This document shows, piece by piece, positions 29,209 to 41,269 of a stretch of 64,000 nucleotides of DNA (positions are counted from its first letter, which is position 1; the number at the start of each line of letters is the position of its first letter). This DNA comes from Leidyana gryllorum EB-2025a. Taxonomy: Eukaryota; Protista; Apicomplexa. A model generated the notes under the pieces. It worked only from the letters and a program-made list of their open reading frames with translations. It did no database searches and was not told where the DNA came from. The DNA lies in NCBI GenBank assembly GCA_048772705.1, contig JBLWGC010000036.1, forward strand, positions 270,175 through 334,174. Direction: 5' to 3'. Both the position numbers and the translations under genes were made by a program.

Positions 29209-30782
29209 ATGGGAAACGCTAACAGTAACCTGTGCTCTGGTCCCGTTGAGACGGCCCAGCCTCTTGATGCCGTTGTCGTCCCGACCGAGGAAGAAATTCA
29301 GACTTATGTATCTGAAGTGAAGCAGGTTGTGGAGGACACCGTTGAGTCTCCTGAGGCCCGGTTTGAGGTGAGTTGCGGCGCCGAAGAGGTTTATGAGTTG
29401 ATGTTCTTTCGCAGCGTTACATCAAAGCTTTCAAGCCAGATCACGAGCGGTTGCGGGTGTGCACCCAGAGCTTTGTGGAGGAGCTGGAGTTAGGGTTGGC
29501 TAACCACAAGGCGGTCAAGATGGGTCAGAAGCCAGAAGAGTGCTCCTTTAAGTGCCTGGACAGTTTCGTACCTCGTGCCCCGTCCGGAGATGAGAGTGGT
29601 GTCTACTACGCGCTCGACTTTGGTGGCAGCAACTTCAGAGTTGTTCGGGTTGCTATGGACCACGGAAGATTCAAAATCAGTGCAAAGAAGGCTTCATTGT
29701 CCGACTGCGACACTGGTCATCCCAGAGGTGTCTTGGACCCTAAGGCTACTGCCACGCAGATGTTCAATTTTTTCGCTCAAACATGCGAAGAATTTCTGCG
29801 CGAATCTGGTGATATGGACAAGGGTCTTGAGTTCGCTGTCGGTTTCACTTTCTCCTACCCGGTTAACTCACGTCGTCTGGACAGCGGTGATCTGATGGTT
29901 TGGACGAAGGGTTTCGAGACTGGCCGCGACACTAACGACCCAGTGGAAGGTTGCGATGTTGGTGAACTGCTCAACCAAGCCTTCGCACGCCGCGCCCTTC
30001 CGTTGAAGGTTAACTGCGTCTGTAATGACACTGTCGGCACTCTGATCTCGTGCGCTTACAGCTTACCTCGTGAACAGCCTCCGTGCGCCATTGGTTTGAT
30101 CTTGGGTACCGGTATGAACGCCTGCTATTTGGATGAGCGTGCCAACGACTGGGGCTATGTGAGTAAAATCATCAACATTGAATGCGGCAACTTCAACCGT
30201 GACACTCTGCCTCGAACCAACGTCGACTTTGAGTTGGATTTCGACGATGTTGGAGGCCGTGGTCGTCAACACCTTGAAAAGATGTGCTCCGGAGCTTATC
30301 TGGGCGATCTGTGCCGTCGCATTTGCGTCAAAGTCTTCCAATATAAAGCCCCTCCTCGCATGTGGCAACGTGATAGCTTCACCTCCGAAGATGCTTCCAC
30401 TATAATTAGCGACAAGTCCGAGGAAATGATTGTTGTCCAGCGGAAGACTCAGGAGCGATGGAATCACACCTTCAACAAGACAGAATTGGAATGGATCAAA
30501 GCTATTTGCAGTGTAGTTTTTGAGAGGGCGGCGGCTATGGCTGCTGTTATCATCGCTGCTACCGCCCTTAAATCTGGCCGTCTGCAGGAAGCTATGGGTG
30601 GTGTTACCGCTGGTATCGATGGTTCTATCTACAAATGTAATCCATTCCTGCGCGATGACCTGCGAAGATATCTCAACATTATCTTGGGAGAAACTCAGGC
30701 CAACCTGGTGAACGTTGCCTTTGCCGATGACGGTTCTGGTTTGGGAGCTGCTATTGTCGCAGCGGTCGCTGACGCCAACTAG
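29209..30782 (+). CDS. HK: Hexokinase (intact catalytic motifs) with predicted N-myristoylated extension
   Basis: Intron 29368-29414 joins an MGNANSNLCSG exon to the main ORF. Motifs LDFGGSNFRV, FTFSYP, WTKGFETG, NDTVGT, GTGMN, EKMCSGAYLG, DGS and DDGSGLGAA are all present. Confidence 0.96.
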
Positions 30783-30904
30783 AATGATTAACTCAGCCTG
30801 TCCTACTTTTTCTGACCTCCCAACCCATTCCCCCATATTTTCTATCTGCGTGGGTGAACTGCCCCCCCTCGAATCGAACTAATACTGATTGACTGTAGAA
30901 TGTC

Positions 30905-31330
30905 CAGTAGAGTTTCTACGCGTCTGGTGAATACCTGAACGACAACGCACCGTGCTCAGAGGTGACGTTACACCTACCATTCCAAAAGTCCGAGCTAGGG
31001 ATCTAACCGTAGAGCCGATCCTTACCAAGCACGCTCCGTTTTTATCCCGAAGTCGCGGGTCCTTTGGCCATCCATGTAACGTGCTTGGCAGAAGTAGTCG
31101 TCTAATCCAGTAAAAGGCTTCGACGACTGCTTGATGACCTCTGAAGTCTCACAAGTAACTCTCACTACGTTAGGGACTGGAGTTGGGGTAGATTCAGTGA
31201 GTAACTGCACTCGAGTACGATCTGGCTTGTCAAGCAAACGCACTTTGTGTGTTGGACAGGATGCAGCCCCGAACCTTCGTGGAGTCGGTGTGCCACGAAG
31301 TATGTGAAAGTCTATCACTGAATAACTGTG
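30905..31330 (-). other. Orphan exon(s) of an unresolved small gene
   Basis: The 98-codon open frame at 31318-31022 is preceded by CTAAC..CACACAG (branch/acceptor) and ends at TG|GTAAG. A plausible next exon gives WCNVTSEHGALSFRYSPDA*. No in-frame ATG exon was found. Confidence 0.3.
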
Positions 31331-31482
31331 TGGAGGTAAGTTAGAATGTATGGCTGTGCTATAGGGATTGCGGAATCGTTTGATGTCTATACACCGAATC
31401 GCGCTGTCAATGTTGAAGGAGCATTAGACACAGCAATTGCTGTGACGCTCGCAAACAAAAAAGACAAGGGATCAATAGTCAA

Positions 31483-34400
31483 TCAGTCGGTGCCGAGCTT
31501 CGCCCTTTTGGACTCTGACATGCGCGAGCTGTCCATCTTGCGCTTGTTGGACGTGTCGGAGACAACGCCGTGCCTCCAGCCAGGCGACACTGCTTCTTCA
31601 CCTACCGTGGAGGTACGGGTAACCTGTCGTGAGGAAGTTTGAGAGAGTACGGAGAGGCGGTGGGTGAGCCGCGCAGCTTTGCTGGGGCTTTGAGCAGCGA
31701 GCATCTCCATATGGGCTTGGCGAACGGTTTCCATCTCTTTGTCAATATCAGCCAGAGTGTTGTCAAGTCCTGAAATACGTCCACCTCTGACGCCGAAAGA
31801 GGTACGGATCACTGTTCGTCCGAGAGGTTCATCGTTGGTGGTGCTCAACGTGTTCGACATTTGGTCGCGAAGTTTGGCAGCGGCACTTTGGCTTTCAGCG
31901 ATTTCGCGCAGACTACGTTGCTGTTCCTGCAGCAGAGCATTCAGCGTGCTGCACAAACCATTGGCGTCCTTCCTCGATCGCGATAGACGATTGAACATCG
32001 TTTCGATGGTGCCAATCATGGTTGCCCACTCCTCGTTGCCAGTTCCCAGTCCATCTTCGAGGCCTTCAGGAGTGATACCATTCTCAGCCATAATACGCTT
32101 AATGGTAGCGGATAAATCAGCAATGTCAGCTTCTTTATTGCTCAGTTCAGAAGTAACTTTGTCTGTGGGAGAAGGGTAATTGATGTGTGTGTAAGAGCGA
32201 GTGGCGGTTGTGGCTTACCGATTTCAACCCGTAATCGATCTTGGGCAGCCATACTGAGTTTCAACTTTGCTTCAATCCTCCGAACTTCGTTGTCCTTTTC
32301 GTCAGCCAATTCAGCAACAAGGAGTTGATGTTCACTGATCTTGTTGTTGAGCTCTGTGACCATACGTGTAACTCGTTCGGAGTCTACTGCTTGAGCTTCT
32401 GCCAATTCCTGGCGCAGTCGATCGAGCTCGGCCTGCAGCTTATTCTGCATATCGCGTAGTCCTCTGTTTTCACTCAGCAGCGCGTCCCGTTCGGCTTCAA
32501 ACTGCAGACGCTGAGAATCGATGTGTTGCTGATGATTCCGCTGCAAGTCCTGTCTGAGATCCACAAGTTCCTGTTGCAGGCGGAACACTTCACCCTCGCG
32601 GTCGTCCAGAGAGGCGACCAACTGCTTCATGTCCATATCATATTGGAATGTGCGGCTCCGGAACTCAGTCTCGAAGGCGCTCAAAGTCTCGAAAACCGTA
32701 GTGTACGCGTGATCATGGCCTCCGGCGGGGGCGGACGACAATTTGTGGCGCAGATCTTCGAACATTTTGTTGAGTTGTGACTCTAACTCTGCATTACGCT
32801 TCAGCGCTCTGCCCAACTCATCGTTTGTTCGAGTGAGGTCATTCAATTGTTTGTCACGGCGTGTGATCTCGGCTGCCAAAGTCTGCCTTTGCTTTCGCAG
32901 ACTCTCTTCCAAGATGGAACATTCGTCGGCCAACGTCTGACGCTCGCCGCGAAGGGATTGTAGTTGGAAACGGAGCTGCTCCTTCTCGCCGTCCTGAATG
33001 GGTCGGGCTGTTCGGAAGGACTGCAGGTTGCCTTCAAGCTGCTCGATCTTCTCCTGTCGCTCAGTGACTTGGCCTTTGAGATGGTCAATCTCGGCAGCCA
33101 GGCGCTTCTGCTCTGCAGCGGCTCGGGCGCTCTCGAGGTCAGACACTGAGGCCGCGGGAGTTTGTCGATAGGTTTGTGCCAGAGTCTGCAGTTCGCTCAG
33201 TCTCTCCATCAATCCCGCCTTCCAGTCTCGTCGGCCCTCTGACATTCTATGGGGCCTCTTCTGGAGCACTTGTAGACGTTTGCGTTCGTTTTCCAACTCA
33301 TCACTCAACGCCTTCTTTTGTGCTTCCGATCGGGCCAGTCTGGGTGAGAGTGATATTTTCGATCGATCAATGTGTGAATAAGAGAATACTTACTGCGCCG
33401 TGAGATCGATTATTTGCCTATCCAAGTCCGCTTTCTCGACCTCTGAAAGACCCGTGGGGTTCTGGGAACGCGACTGGAGTGCGGTCAGCTCGCGAGTCAT
33501 TGCGTTGACTCTGGCTTCCATATCGAGCTTCTGACGACGAGTCTTGGCGACCTCCTCCATATGGATACGCAGTTCGTTGTGGAACTTCTCTGACATATCT
33601 GCTATCATTGCCTCGAGCTCCTCGTTACGCTTGAGCATCCGTCGGAGGTCATCGTGATCCTCTGTCGCCGGACCCTTTTGACTGCGGATCATACTGCGAA
33701 GCTCCTCGACTTGACGGGTGGTACTCTTCTCATAGTCCTGGTACTGCCGAGTCATTTGCACCAGAGCCGCTTCCTTCTCCTCGATTGCAGCCTGCAGCTG
33801 GTTTACACTCCTCCCGAGTTTCAGCTGTTCGTCCACCGCGGCATCACGATCCCGTTGGGCCTGAGCTAACGCGGACTTGAGGCTTTCGACTTCCTTCTGC
33901 AGGTCTGATGTTGCGTGCGCGACCAGTCCCTCCAGACTGCGTTTGAGGTCTGCGATTCGCTCCGCTGTTTCCTGTTCGGCCTCGCGGCGAACGGCTTCAA
34001 CACGACTGCGAACCTCTTCGTCTTGTGCCTTCATAGCCTCCCGCATCCGTTCCAATGTACTCTGCAACTGTGTGTGGTTCCGTTGCGCTTCCTGGAGGGC
34101 GCGGTCCTGAGCCACCTTGAGTTCATTCCACTCTCTCTCCTTCTGTCTGAGAACATTGGCGAACTCGGTGTCTTTGGCGGCCTCGGCAGCTCTGATACGC
34201 TCTTGGAGGTTGTCCTCTTGAGCTTTGAGCTCGCGGGCGTGCGCCTCACGAATATTGCGGATCAAAGCATCGTACTCCTTCTGCAACCGAGCGATCTCGC
34301 GGCGAGTCGAGTCAGTATTGGCAGTCAGAGCTTTCTCCAGGGCGACCTGGAAACTCTCCCCAGCACCGGTCTGGAGGCTCGAGCCTTCAACCCGGCGCCG

Positions 34401-36271
34401 TCTCTCCACTTCCGACTCCGCGGCTTGCAGACGGCGCTTAGTGTCTCTCAAGGTACCCTCCAGGAGTTTGAGGTCGTTCTCTTGCGTTTTGACTCTCTGC
34501 TCGGCGTTGCGTAGTTCCGAGGTCGTGGCTTGCAGGTCTGCCCGCAGACGGCGGACCACAGGCGCGTCATCGCCCACTGCAGCAGACAACTTGTCGGTGA
34601 AGCTCGCCAGGAGACGTTCTAATTCAGAGTTGCGTTGCAACAGAGACTCGGCTCTTTTGTGGATGCCTTGAAGTGATGTAATCTGTTCCTTCAAACGCTT
34701 AAGAGACTCCTCCGAGTGGTCTTTCTCGATTTGGCGTCTCTCTTCGCTCTCTGCCAGAGACACTTTGAGGTGTTCAATCTCCGCTTTGGTTCTATCGACG
34801 TCAGTAATGCGGAGTCGGAGTTCGTCGTTCTGCTTGCGGAGCGTATCGAGATTCTCCTCAGCCCTGCGCCAATTGGCCTCAGCCACTTGAAGTTCAGCTT
34901 GTAGGCGGGCAGCTCCTTGTGCCCGTGTTTGGCCCTCGTTATTGGCTTCTTTGAGCTTCAGTTTCATATCTTCGAGCAGTCTCTCGTGTCGCTCAGCTGA
35001 CATCCGCAATTCCTCCTCCAGATCGTTGTTCTGCTCCAACAAGCCTTTAAGCTCAACCGACACGCCGGCAATGTTGTTCATGTGCGCTTGGCGCTCCTTT
35101 GACAGCTTTTCCAGAGCCATCCGCTCTCTCTCGATGATTCCTTTGAGCTCTTTGAGCTCAACATCAGCTCCGGAAAGCTCAGACCTGAGGGTGTTCAATA
35201 ATTGTTACAGAGGGGCTGAGGTACCTTAGTTTGACTATTATGGACTCTTTCTCGGCAATACTTCGTCGCAGTTGTAAGATATCGTCGGTGACACGTGACG
35301 ACTGCTGAGCATCTCTAAGCTCAGTTTCCAATGATAATATGCGTGAAGTGTACGTATCAGCCCGTTGATTGGCGTTGTTGAGTTCATCGTGTGCTTTACG
35401 ACGTAAATCTCTCTCCTTTTGAAGCATTGCGTCAGCTTCGTCTTGTACAGATGCGATCAACATTTCGAGTTCGGAGTTGCGCTTGAGTAACTCTTGAGCA
35501 TGTTGTTGGGTGCCTTCCAAAGACTCAATAGTTTGACGACGCATCTCTAATTCGGCTTCATTGGCAGCCAATTGGCGCTTCAGATTCTCTAACTCTTCTA
35601 CGTGCCCCCGCACAGCCTCCTTGGTTTCTCTTACCCTGCAGAAACAGCCGATGGAGACGGGCAACATTTGAACGGGGGCACCAATTAGGGGAGGGAAACA
35701 TATCGTGTGATGGACACTGTGTGGTGAGACGCTGGTGGGTGAGCTCAGAAAAGTCATAGCGACCCCCGTTACTCCGCATCCAGATATCATTATTGGGATA
35801 AGAAGTGTTAGACACGCAATTCAAGTTTGAGGAAGGTATACCTTTGATTCAGACGATCATCTTGGTGTTGACTACTAGAGCGATAACGATGGGTGCTGGA
35901 GGATCGTTTGAAGAAGTTTACGACACTGCTCAGCCGGCTGGGACGTTCAGGCAAAGGCGTGTCGATACTCGGACGGAAGTCGGGTGGGGAAGGCATTCCG
36001 ACACTTGAACTGGCACTCCATTCTCGTGAGGCGCCCACCCCCGTAGTTTCACAGGGAGCGGCCGTGGAGACTGCGGACCGACGGGTATGGAATTGGTCGG
36101 CACGGACTGAGACTCACTGATAGACGCGTTGACAGAGGCGGTCGGGGAGACTGTGAAAGCCTTCTTGGCAGGCTGGTCAACATCACCCTCCCGGCGTGGG
36201 GTGCTCTGTTCCACTCGAACCCGTTGTGTAAACTGCTCATCGATAAAGAGTCTATTGATGGGCGTTGCCAT
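31483..36271 (-). CDS. Large coiled-coil protein (~1,450 aa; myosin-tail/centrosomal-like), multi-exon
   Basis: Consecutive E/Q/K/R/L-rich heptad ORFs (602, 388, 203 and 202 aa) separated by short GT-AG introns. An internal repeated motif LL[KQ]RNSELE / LKRNAELE / LKRNEELE is present. Confidence 0.8.
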
Positions 36272-36360
36272 GATGACAAAGCAAATTTATGAGGTTGGCT
36301 CTGCGATGGCGGTGTGGACTAAGTGGGTGCTCAGTGTCTCCAAACCCTATTTTGGGGGTG

Positions 36361-38302
36361 TCAGCCGACGGGTTGTGGTGAAGAAGAGTTTTTCTTGAGT
36401 GAATGGCTGACGCGTCTCCGCAATTCTGCCTCCGTTATGGGCACGTTATACTGCCAAAGTTGTTCCAGACACTCAGAAAGGACTACTCTCTCAAACTGCT
36501 CAACTTCTCGAGCTACTTGAGACTTGACACTCTGCACACTCATGTTGGCTGTGGCCTGAGACTCTTTAACAGCCGACTGAAGCTGCTGAATCTGAGCTCG
36601 GAGCTCCTGATGGGTTTGATCCGCCCTGGCAGCAACGCGTGCGTTGAAATCTTGTTGATCTTTCAAGAGTTTGTCTTGCAGTTCTCGACTGTTTCAAAGG
36701 TGTCTATGTGCCCCTCTTTAGCATCAAAGCGACTCACCATCTGTCTTTCAATGCCTTCTTCTCATCCTCCGCGCGTGCCTGAGCCCTATCGGCGAGATAT
36801 TTGTACCCATCGAGCAGATCGGCCATCTTCTTCTTGCTTTCGGCCTCGAATTTTCTGCAAGCCTCATCTGCGACCCTCCTACATTCTGCCATCTTCTTCT
36901 CTGCCAGGTTTCGTGCCTTCTTGGCGGCACCTGTGGCGTCTGCCGCAACTCGGGCATATTGCCTGCGGAAACGTTATATATCATTCGCACACACACGAGT
37001 GTATTGATTGCCTCACTTTATGATGTGGTCTACTTGCTCCAGCGTTTCGGCGCGGGTTTGATTCATTTTGTCGGGAATGGATGCACGCACTCCCTCCAGT
37101 TGTTTTTCATACATCTTCTGCATTTTGTCTCGCTTGCAGGCTTCCGCTCTCAAGAGCCCGGCCAGATGAGCTTCGCGAATCGTTTCCTCCTCGTCGTCCG
37201 CTTGGCAGCCGTGGGCACCACATGGTTCCTGATTTCCGTCTTCCAGCAGATTCTCCCCCCCCAACCCCTGTAGGCTGGCATACTGTTCGAGTTGTCCCTG
37301 AAGTACGTTGCCTCTGTGGCGTTCCATCGCCAGTTGCTGCGCCAGCTGGCTGATGGTGCGCTTTAGCTTTTGTGTCTGGAACTCGCCACACGGAAGTCCC
37401 TGGTTCCCAAGTGCGTTCAAGTCAGGCGAGATTTCCACAGTTCGATTCTCCCCGGGCCAAAGAACGGGGCAGACTTCAACTGGTCTCCGATTTCTGTGTC
37501 GCCTCTCTCTACGAGCCGCCGCCGCCGGACGTGGAGAGGACTCACGCGAGGGCGTGGGTCCTGACGGTGGAGTCTGTTCGGGCCGACGTCGACGCGTCCG
37601 GGGTGTACGCGAGGCTCGGGAGGACGGGGGCGGGGATTCTGCTGTACTGAGGTTGGAGGGCGAGCCTGTTGGACTCATGGTGGGAGACGGGGGAGGTCCC
37701 TGCTTGGACATTGCGCGTTTTGCCTTGGCAACCATTGATTTTGAGGGCACGGCAGAAGGCTGGCGCTGATTGGGAACCATGGACGGTTGGCGAGTGGGGA
37801 CCATGGAGGGCTGCCGGTCTACTACCATCGAGGGGGACCGACTCGGTGGCCGAGCTGCCATGGAGGGTTGTCTCGGTGGAGGACCCATTGACGGTTGCCT
37901 TGGGGAAGCTGCCATGGAGGGCGCTCTCGACCCCATTGGGGAAGGAGCGACCGAGGGAGATCTGACAGGCGGTCTTGAGGCGCCCACGCCGCCTGGGGGA
38001 GCCGGTGGATGGTATCCGGCTCCCGTTACTTTCTGAGGATAAACCGAGCCGCCGCCCGGACGACTCGGAGACATTGAGAATTGTCTGCCAATACGCTTCG
38101 AGCCTAAACTCTTGGCCATGGACGCTCTCATCGGTGTCGTGGGAGTTGCAGGGGGGCTTCTTGCAGTTTGTGGTGCACGACGTCCAGGCAATGTAGACCG
38201 CGAAGCAAGTGCCTGGAGGGGCAAAGGACTACCTTGATACCCAGATACCTTCTTTGATAGTGTAGACCCCCTAGGCAAAGACCCGCCGTGTTTCGTCTCC
38301 AT
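36361..38302 (-). CDS. Pro/Ser/Arg-rich protein with RQPS(M) repeats and C-terminal coiled coil, multi-exon
   Basis: A 429-aa first ORF with five RQPS[M/A] repeats, followed by coiled-coil exons ending at 36361. Confidence 0.75.
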
Positions 38303-38335
38303 TCTTCAGTCGCACCCGCATGCACCCTGGACAAA

Positions 38336-40189
38336 TCAATTGCCGCCCTTAACGAGGCAAGTCAGGATTGCGGTGCCATGGATGACTACGTCTTCGGCGG
38401 AGAAGAGATGAATCATCGCAGACTTGTCGTCTCCGAGAATGACTCTCAAATACTTTCTGATCTGCACAAACAGGGTGAGAGTGGCAGTGATAGGGATCGG
38501 TGCCGAAGCGGTGTGGTCAAATTCGAGTGAATGAGTGAGGGACGGGGGACGGGGGGGGGAAGGGGGTTGAGAGACGCTCAGACGAAATGCCCACTTACAA
38601 TATTCTGGAACCAGGGATGGCGTATGTGGGGGGCATTGTCGAGAACAACACTGGTTCCGGTGTTGGCAAGCCGTCCAGTGCGTTTGGCAAGTGCGGCTAT
38701 GGCCGCAGCAGCTAACGCTGCGGCTCTTTCGAACACCAGAGCACAGAGTGTTTTCAACAGACTCCTGGACTGAAAGTCAACATCCCAATCCCAGAGGCAG
38801 TAGAATATTCTATAGGTGACAATGAGATCTGGGGTCTCATCAGTCGCACACAGTAATGCCAGTTGAGTGGGGAGAGAGTCCGGGTGCCAGGCTAACGGAG
38901 GCATTTGGGAAGTCCATATTCGTTGGATAGCATATCGAATTATCTCGCCCAAGTATAGGCCACCAATCATTTTCTCCAGCAATCGCTGACCTTTGGCAGA
39001 ACTGTCCGCCAGATCGACACAATGGTCGGCATCCGTCATTCGCAGTCCCCGGACGAATTCGCCAATTTCACTGTTCACGATTACCCCTGTGTAGCCATAG
39101 CTCGCTGCGCGAGGCTCGACGTAGGCCCCGTTGGCACCACTACCCATCAGGAAAGACATGTAACACTGAGGCAAGTCGGGGGGCGAAGTCAGCCAGCCGC
39201 TTAACAAGGCACATATCTGCGACGCGAACTGGAGCGGCCGCGGACAACCGACTTACCACGTCAGTAGTCACGCCCACCACCTCTCCGGATATTCCTCTGC
39301 GACGCAAAGCGCTTTCCATTAGAATTCCAATATCACACCCTTCCACTGGATCGGGGCATTTTCGTCCCGTCTCGAATCCCTGCAGAATTGGGGGGGGGAC
39401 AGATAATGTTCGATCGAGCGAGCGTCAATTGAAGGATGTCTCCTTCTATTCCCGCTAGCCGCCCTTTCGGCTTCTCCCCTTTCGGTACCCACCTTTATCC
39501 ACTTTGGCATTATTGCCCATTTGAGGCCAGACTGGTAAATGGGGAAGGCTATGGAAACTCCCACAGGCATGTCGAGGACATGGCCTTGTACCTCGCTTTT
39601 CAGGAGTTCCTCCAATGTCCGAGCCATCACATCAAAAAGATGTGAACTCGTTTCTGTTGCGTCCAAAAGTCCTCTGGGAGCTGAGCTCCGTTCAGATCTG
39701 AGATCTACTCGGTTCTTCGAGAGTGTCGTTTTCCCAGTTTCTTGGAAGACGGCTCGAGCTACTTGAATTGTCATATCTGAAAATTCGATACTGTATACAG
39801 TTCCTTGCTGATTGCGGTCGGGAAGTCTCTGAACGAACGAATCCTGCATCATCAGTATGTCAGGGTGGCCGTCTCCTTTGCTTCTGGCTCGAGCAGCCAT
39901 TTCCATATCGACCGTCATCTCTTTGCTGATCTCGACAATGTGGGCGCAGTCCGGCATAAAATATGATACATAGCGCTGAGAGAATCTCGCAGATATATGA
40001 GAGACTCCTCGATCGCCCAGCCTTGTCTCTCACCTGAGCTCTCATGGAGATGGTCTCCGACACATTTGGTGGGATACTCCCATCTGGTCGTTGTAACTGT
40101 TTGCCATGGCTCTGTTTGGCCGTATTGCGCCCCTGCCGGCGTGATATGGCGCTCGGCTCAATGGAGATCTGTCCAATCAGTTCCGACAT
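38336..40189 (-). CDS. Degenerate hexokinase paralogue (probable pseudo-enzyme), 5 exons
   Basis: Colinear with HK (WIKG|FETGRECPDPVEGCDIG, GSGANGAYVEP, NSEIGEF, LEKMIGGLYLGE, RKYLRVILG). ATP-binding motifs are replaced: IEFSDMT for LDFGGSN, DNA for DGS, EDVVIHGTA for DDGSGLGAA. The reading frame is intact after splicing. Confidence 0.88.
38539..38566 (+). repeat. G-rich tract (potential G-quadruplex) in the long last intron of the hexokinase paralogue
   Basis: GGG-AC-GGGG-AC-GGGGGGGGG-AA-GGGGG gives four G-runs with 2-nt loops. Confidence 0.6.
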
Positions 40190-40263
40190 TCATTAGCGAT
40201 TGATAGGAAAAATGGGTTTATGTTGAAGAAAAAGGATAAAAAATCGGTGTAATGTGACTCCTC

Positions 40264-41097
40264 TCACTCAGGCTTGGCCTTGAGGTACATGGTCAATTTG
40301 AGAGTCTGCTTCGGTGGGATGTTAAGACGAGTCTTGGGGTCGTTGAGTCCATCAGCGCCCCACACAACCGGCTCGAAGCACACAAAGTTATGATCTGCAG
40401 CGCCATTGGGTTCAGACCAGATTTGGATCCGTTGGTAGTAGTACTCCCCAGCCGGGCTCGGTTCTTCCTCAAACTTCATAGTGCCCAAGTTGGGGAATTT
40501 GATGGTTGCAGCTTTGCTAAATGCAACATTGTAATCTGGGGTGGTTTCCTTGGTTTCCCAGTCCCAATCCGAGGTCTTGAAACCCTCAAAGTCCACCTCC
40601 AGTCCCTTCTTGTCTGCCTGCGCACAGGTGAAGTAGGGGTGAAGTCCTGGCTGCACCGGGAGCACTTTGTTCTCTTCTCGGTTCTCAAAGATGGCCTCGT
40701 GTTTGATCACTCCCTCCTCTACCAGAGTCGCGTTCATGGTGAACTTGAACTTGAAAGGGTACATCTTGAAGGTGTCGTCATTGTTCTCGATGTAGCAAGA
40801 GACACCGTCCTCCCGAGGCTGTTCGACGTTCCACTTCATGTTGCGACCGAATCCGTGATGCGGCAATTTGGTACCCGTTTCCAGGAAGGTCTTGTCACCT
40901 CGGAGAGAGCTAAAGTTGGGAACCATCAGGGGAAGACCGGCGCGCATCAAATTCTTGGTTTGGACTGGTCGGTAGAGTACCTCCCAGTTTTTCACCTTGA
41001 ACCCAGTCACCAGACAACGCTCTGGCATGACACGCATCTCAGTGTCCCCCTTACGGAACACCAACTCGCTGTCGAAAGCCTGCTCCTCGAACGACAT
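40264..41097 (-). CDS. Aldose 1-epimerase / galactose mutarotase-like protein (bacterial-type), intronless
   Basis: Motifs VMPERCLVTG, RAGLPLMVPNF, HHGFGRN, YPFKF, GLHPYF, QIWS and FVCFEP carry the mutarotase His/His/Glu catalytic pattern. Confidence 0.9.
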   Translation of the reverse strand: MSFEEQAFDSELVFRKGDTEMRVMPERCLVTGFKVKNWEVLYRPVQTKNLMRAGLPLMVPNFSSLRGDKTFLETGTKLPHHGFGRNMKWNVEQPREDGVSCYIENNDDTFKMYPFKFKFTMNATLVEEGVIKHEAIFENREENKVLPVQPGLHPYFTCAQADKKGLEVDFEGFKTSDWDWETKETTPDYNVAFSKAATIKFPNLGTMKFEEEPSPAGEYYYQRIQIWSEPNGAADHNFVCFEPVVWGADGLNDPKTRLNIPPKQTLKLTMYLKAKPE

Positions 41098-41269
41098 TTG
41101 AACAACTCAAACAAAAAGTAGATTTATTCAAAAGAGCCAACAAGTCTGTGCACCCGCGTTTGGGGCGGCAGCGGCGTCGTCGTCGTCCCCTCCGCACACA
41201 GATCGGGACATCCCTATTCTCGCTCCCCAGGTTTGATGGACACATCGTCGAGCAGTCAACATTGAAACG

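Noticed and set aside
30063-30836. 257-aa antisense ORF over hexokinase (likewise 40390-41121 over the epimerase)
   Set aside because: Shadow ORFs in register with highly biased sense genes.
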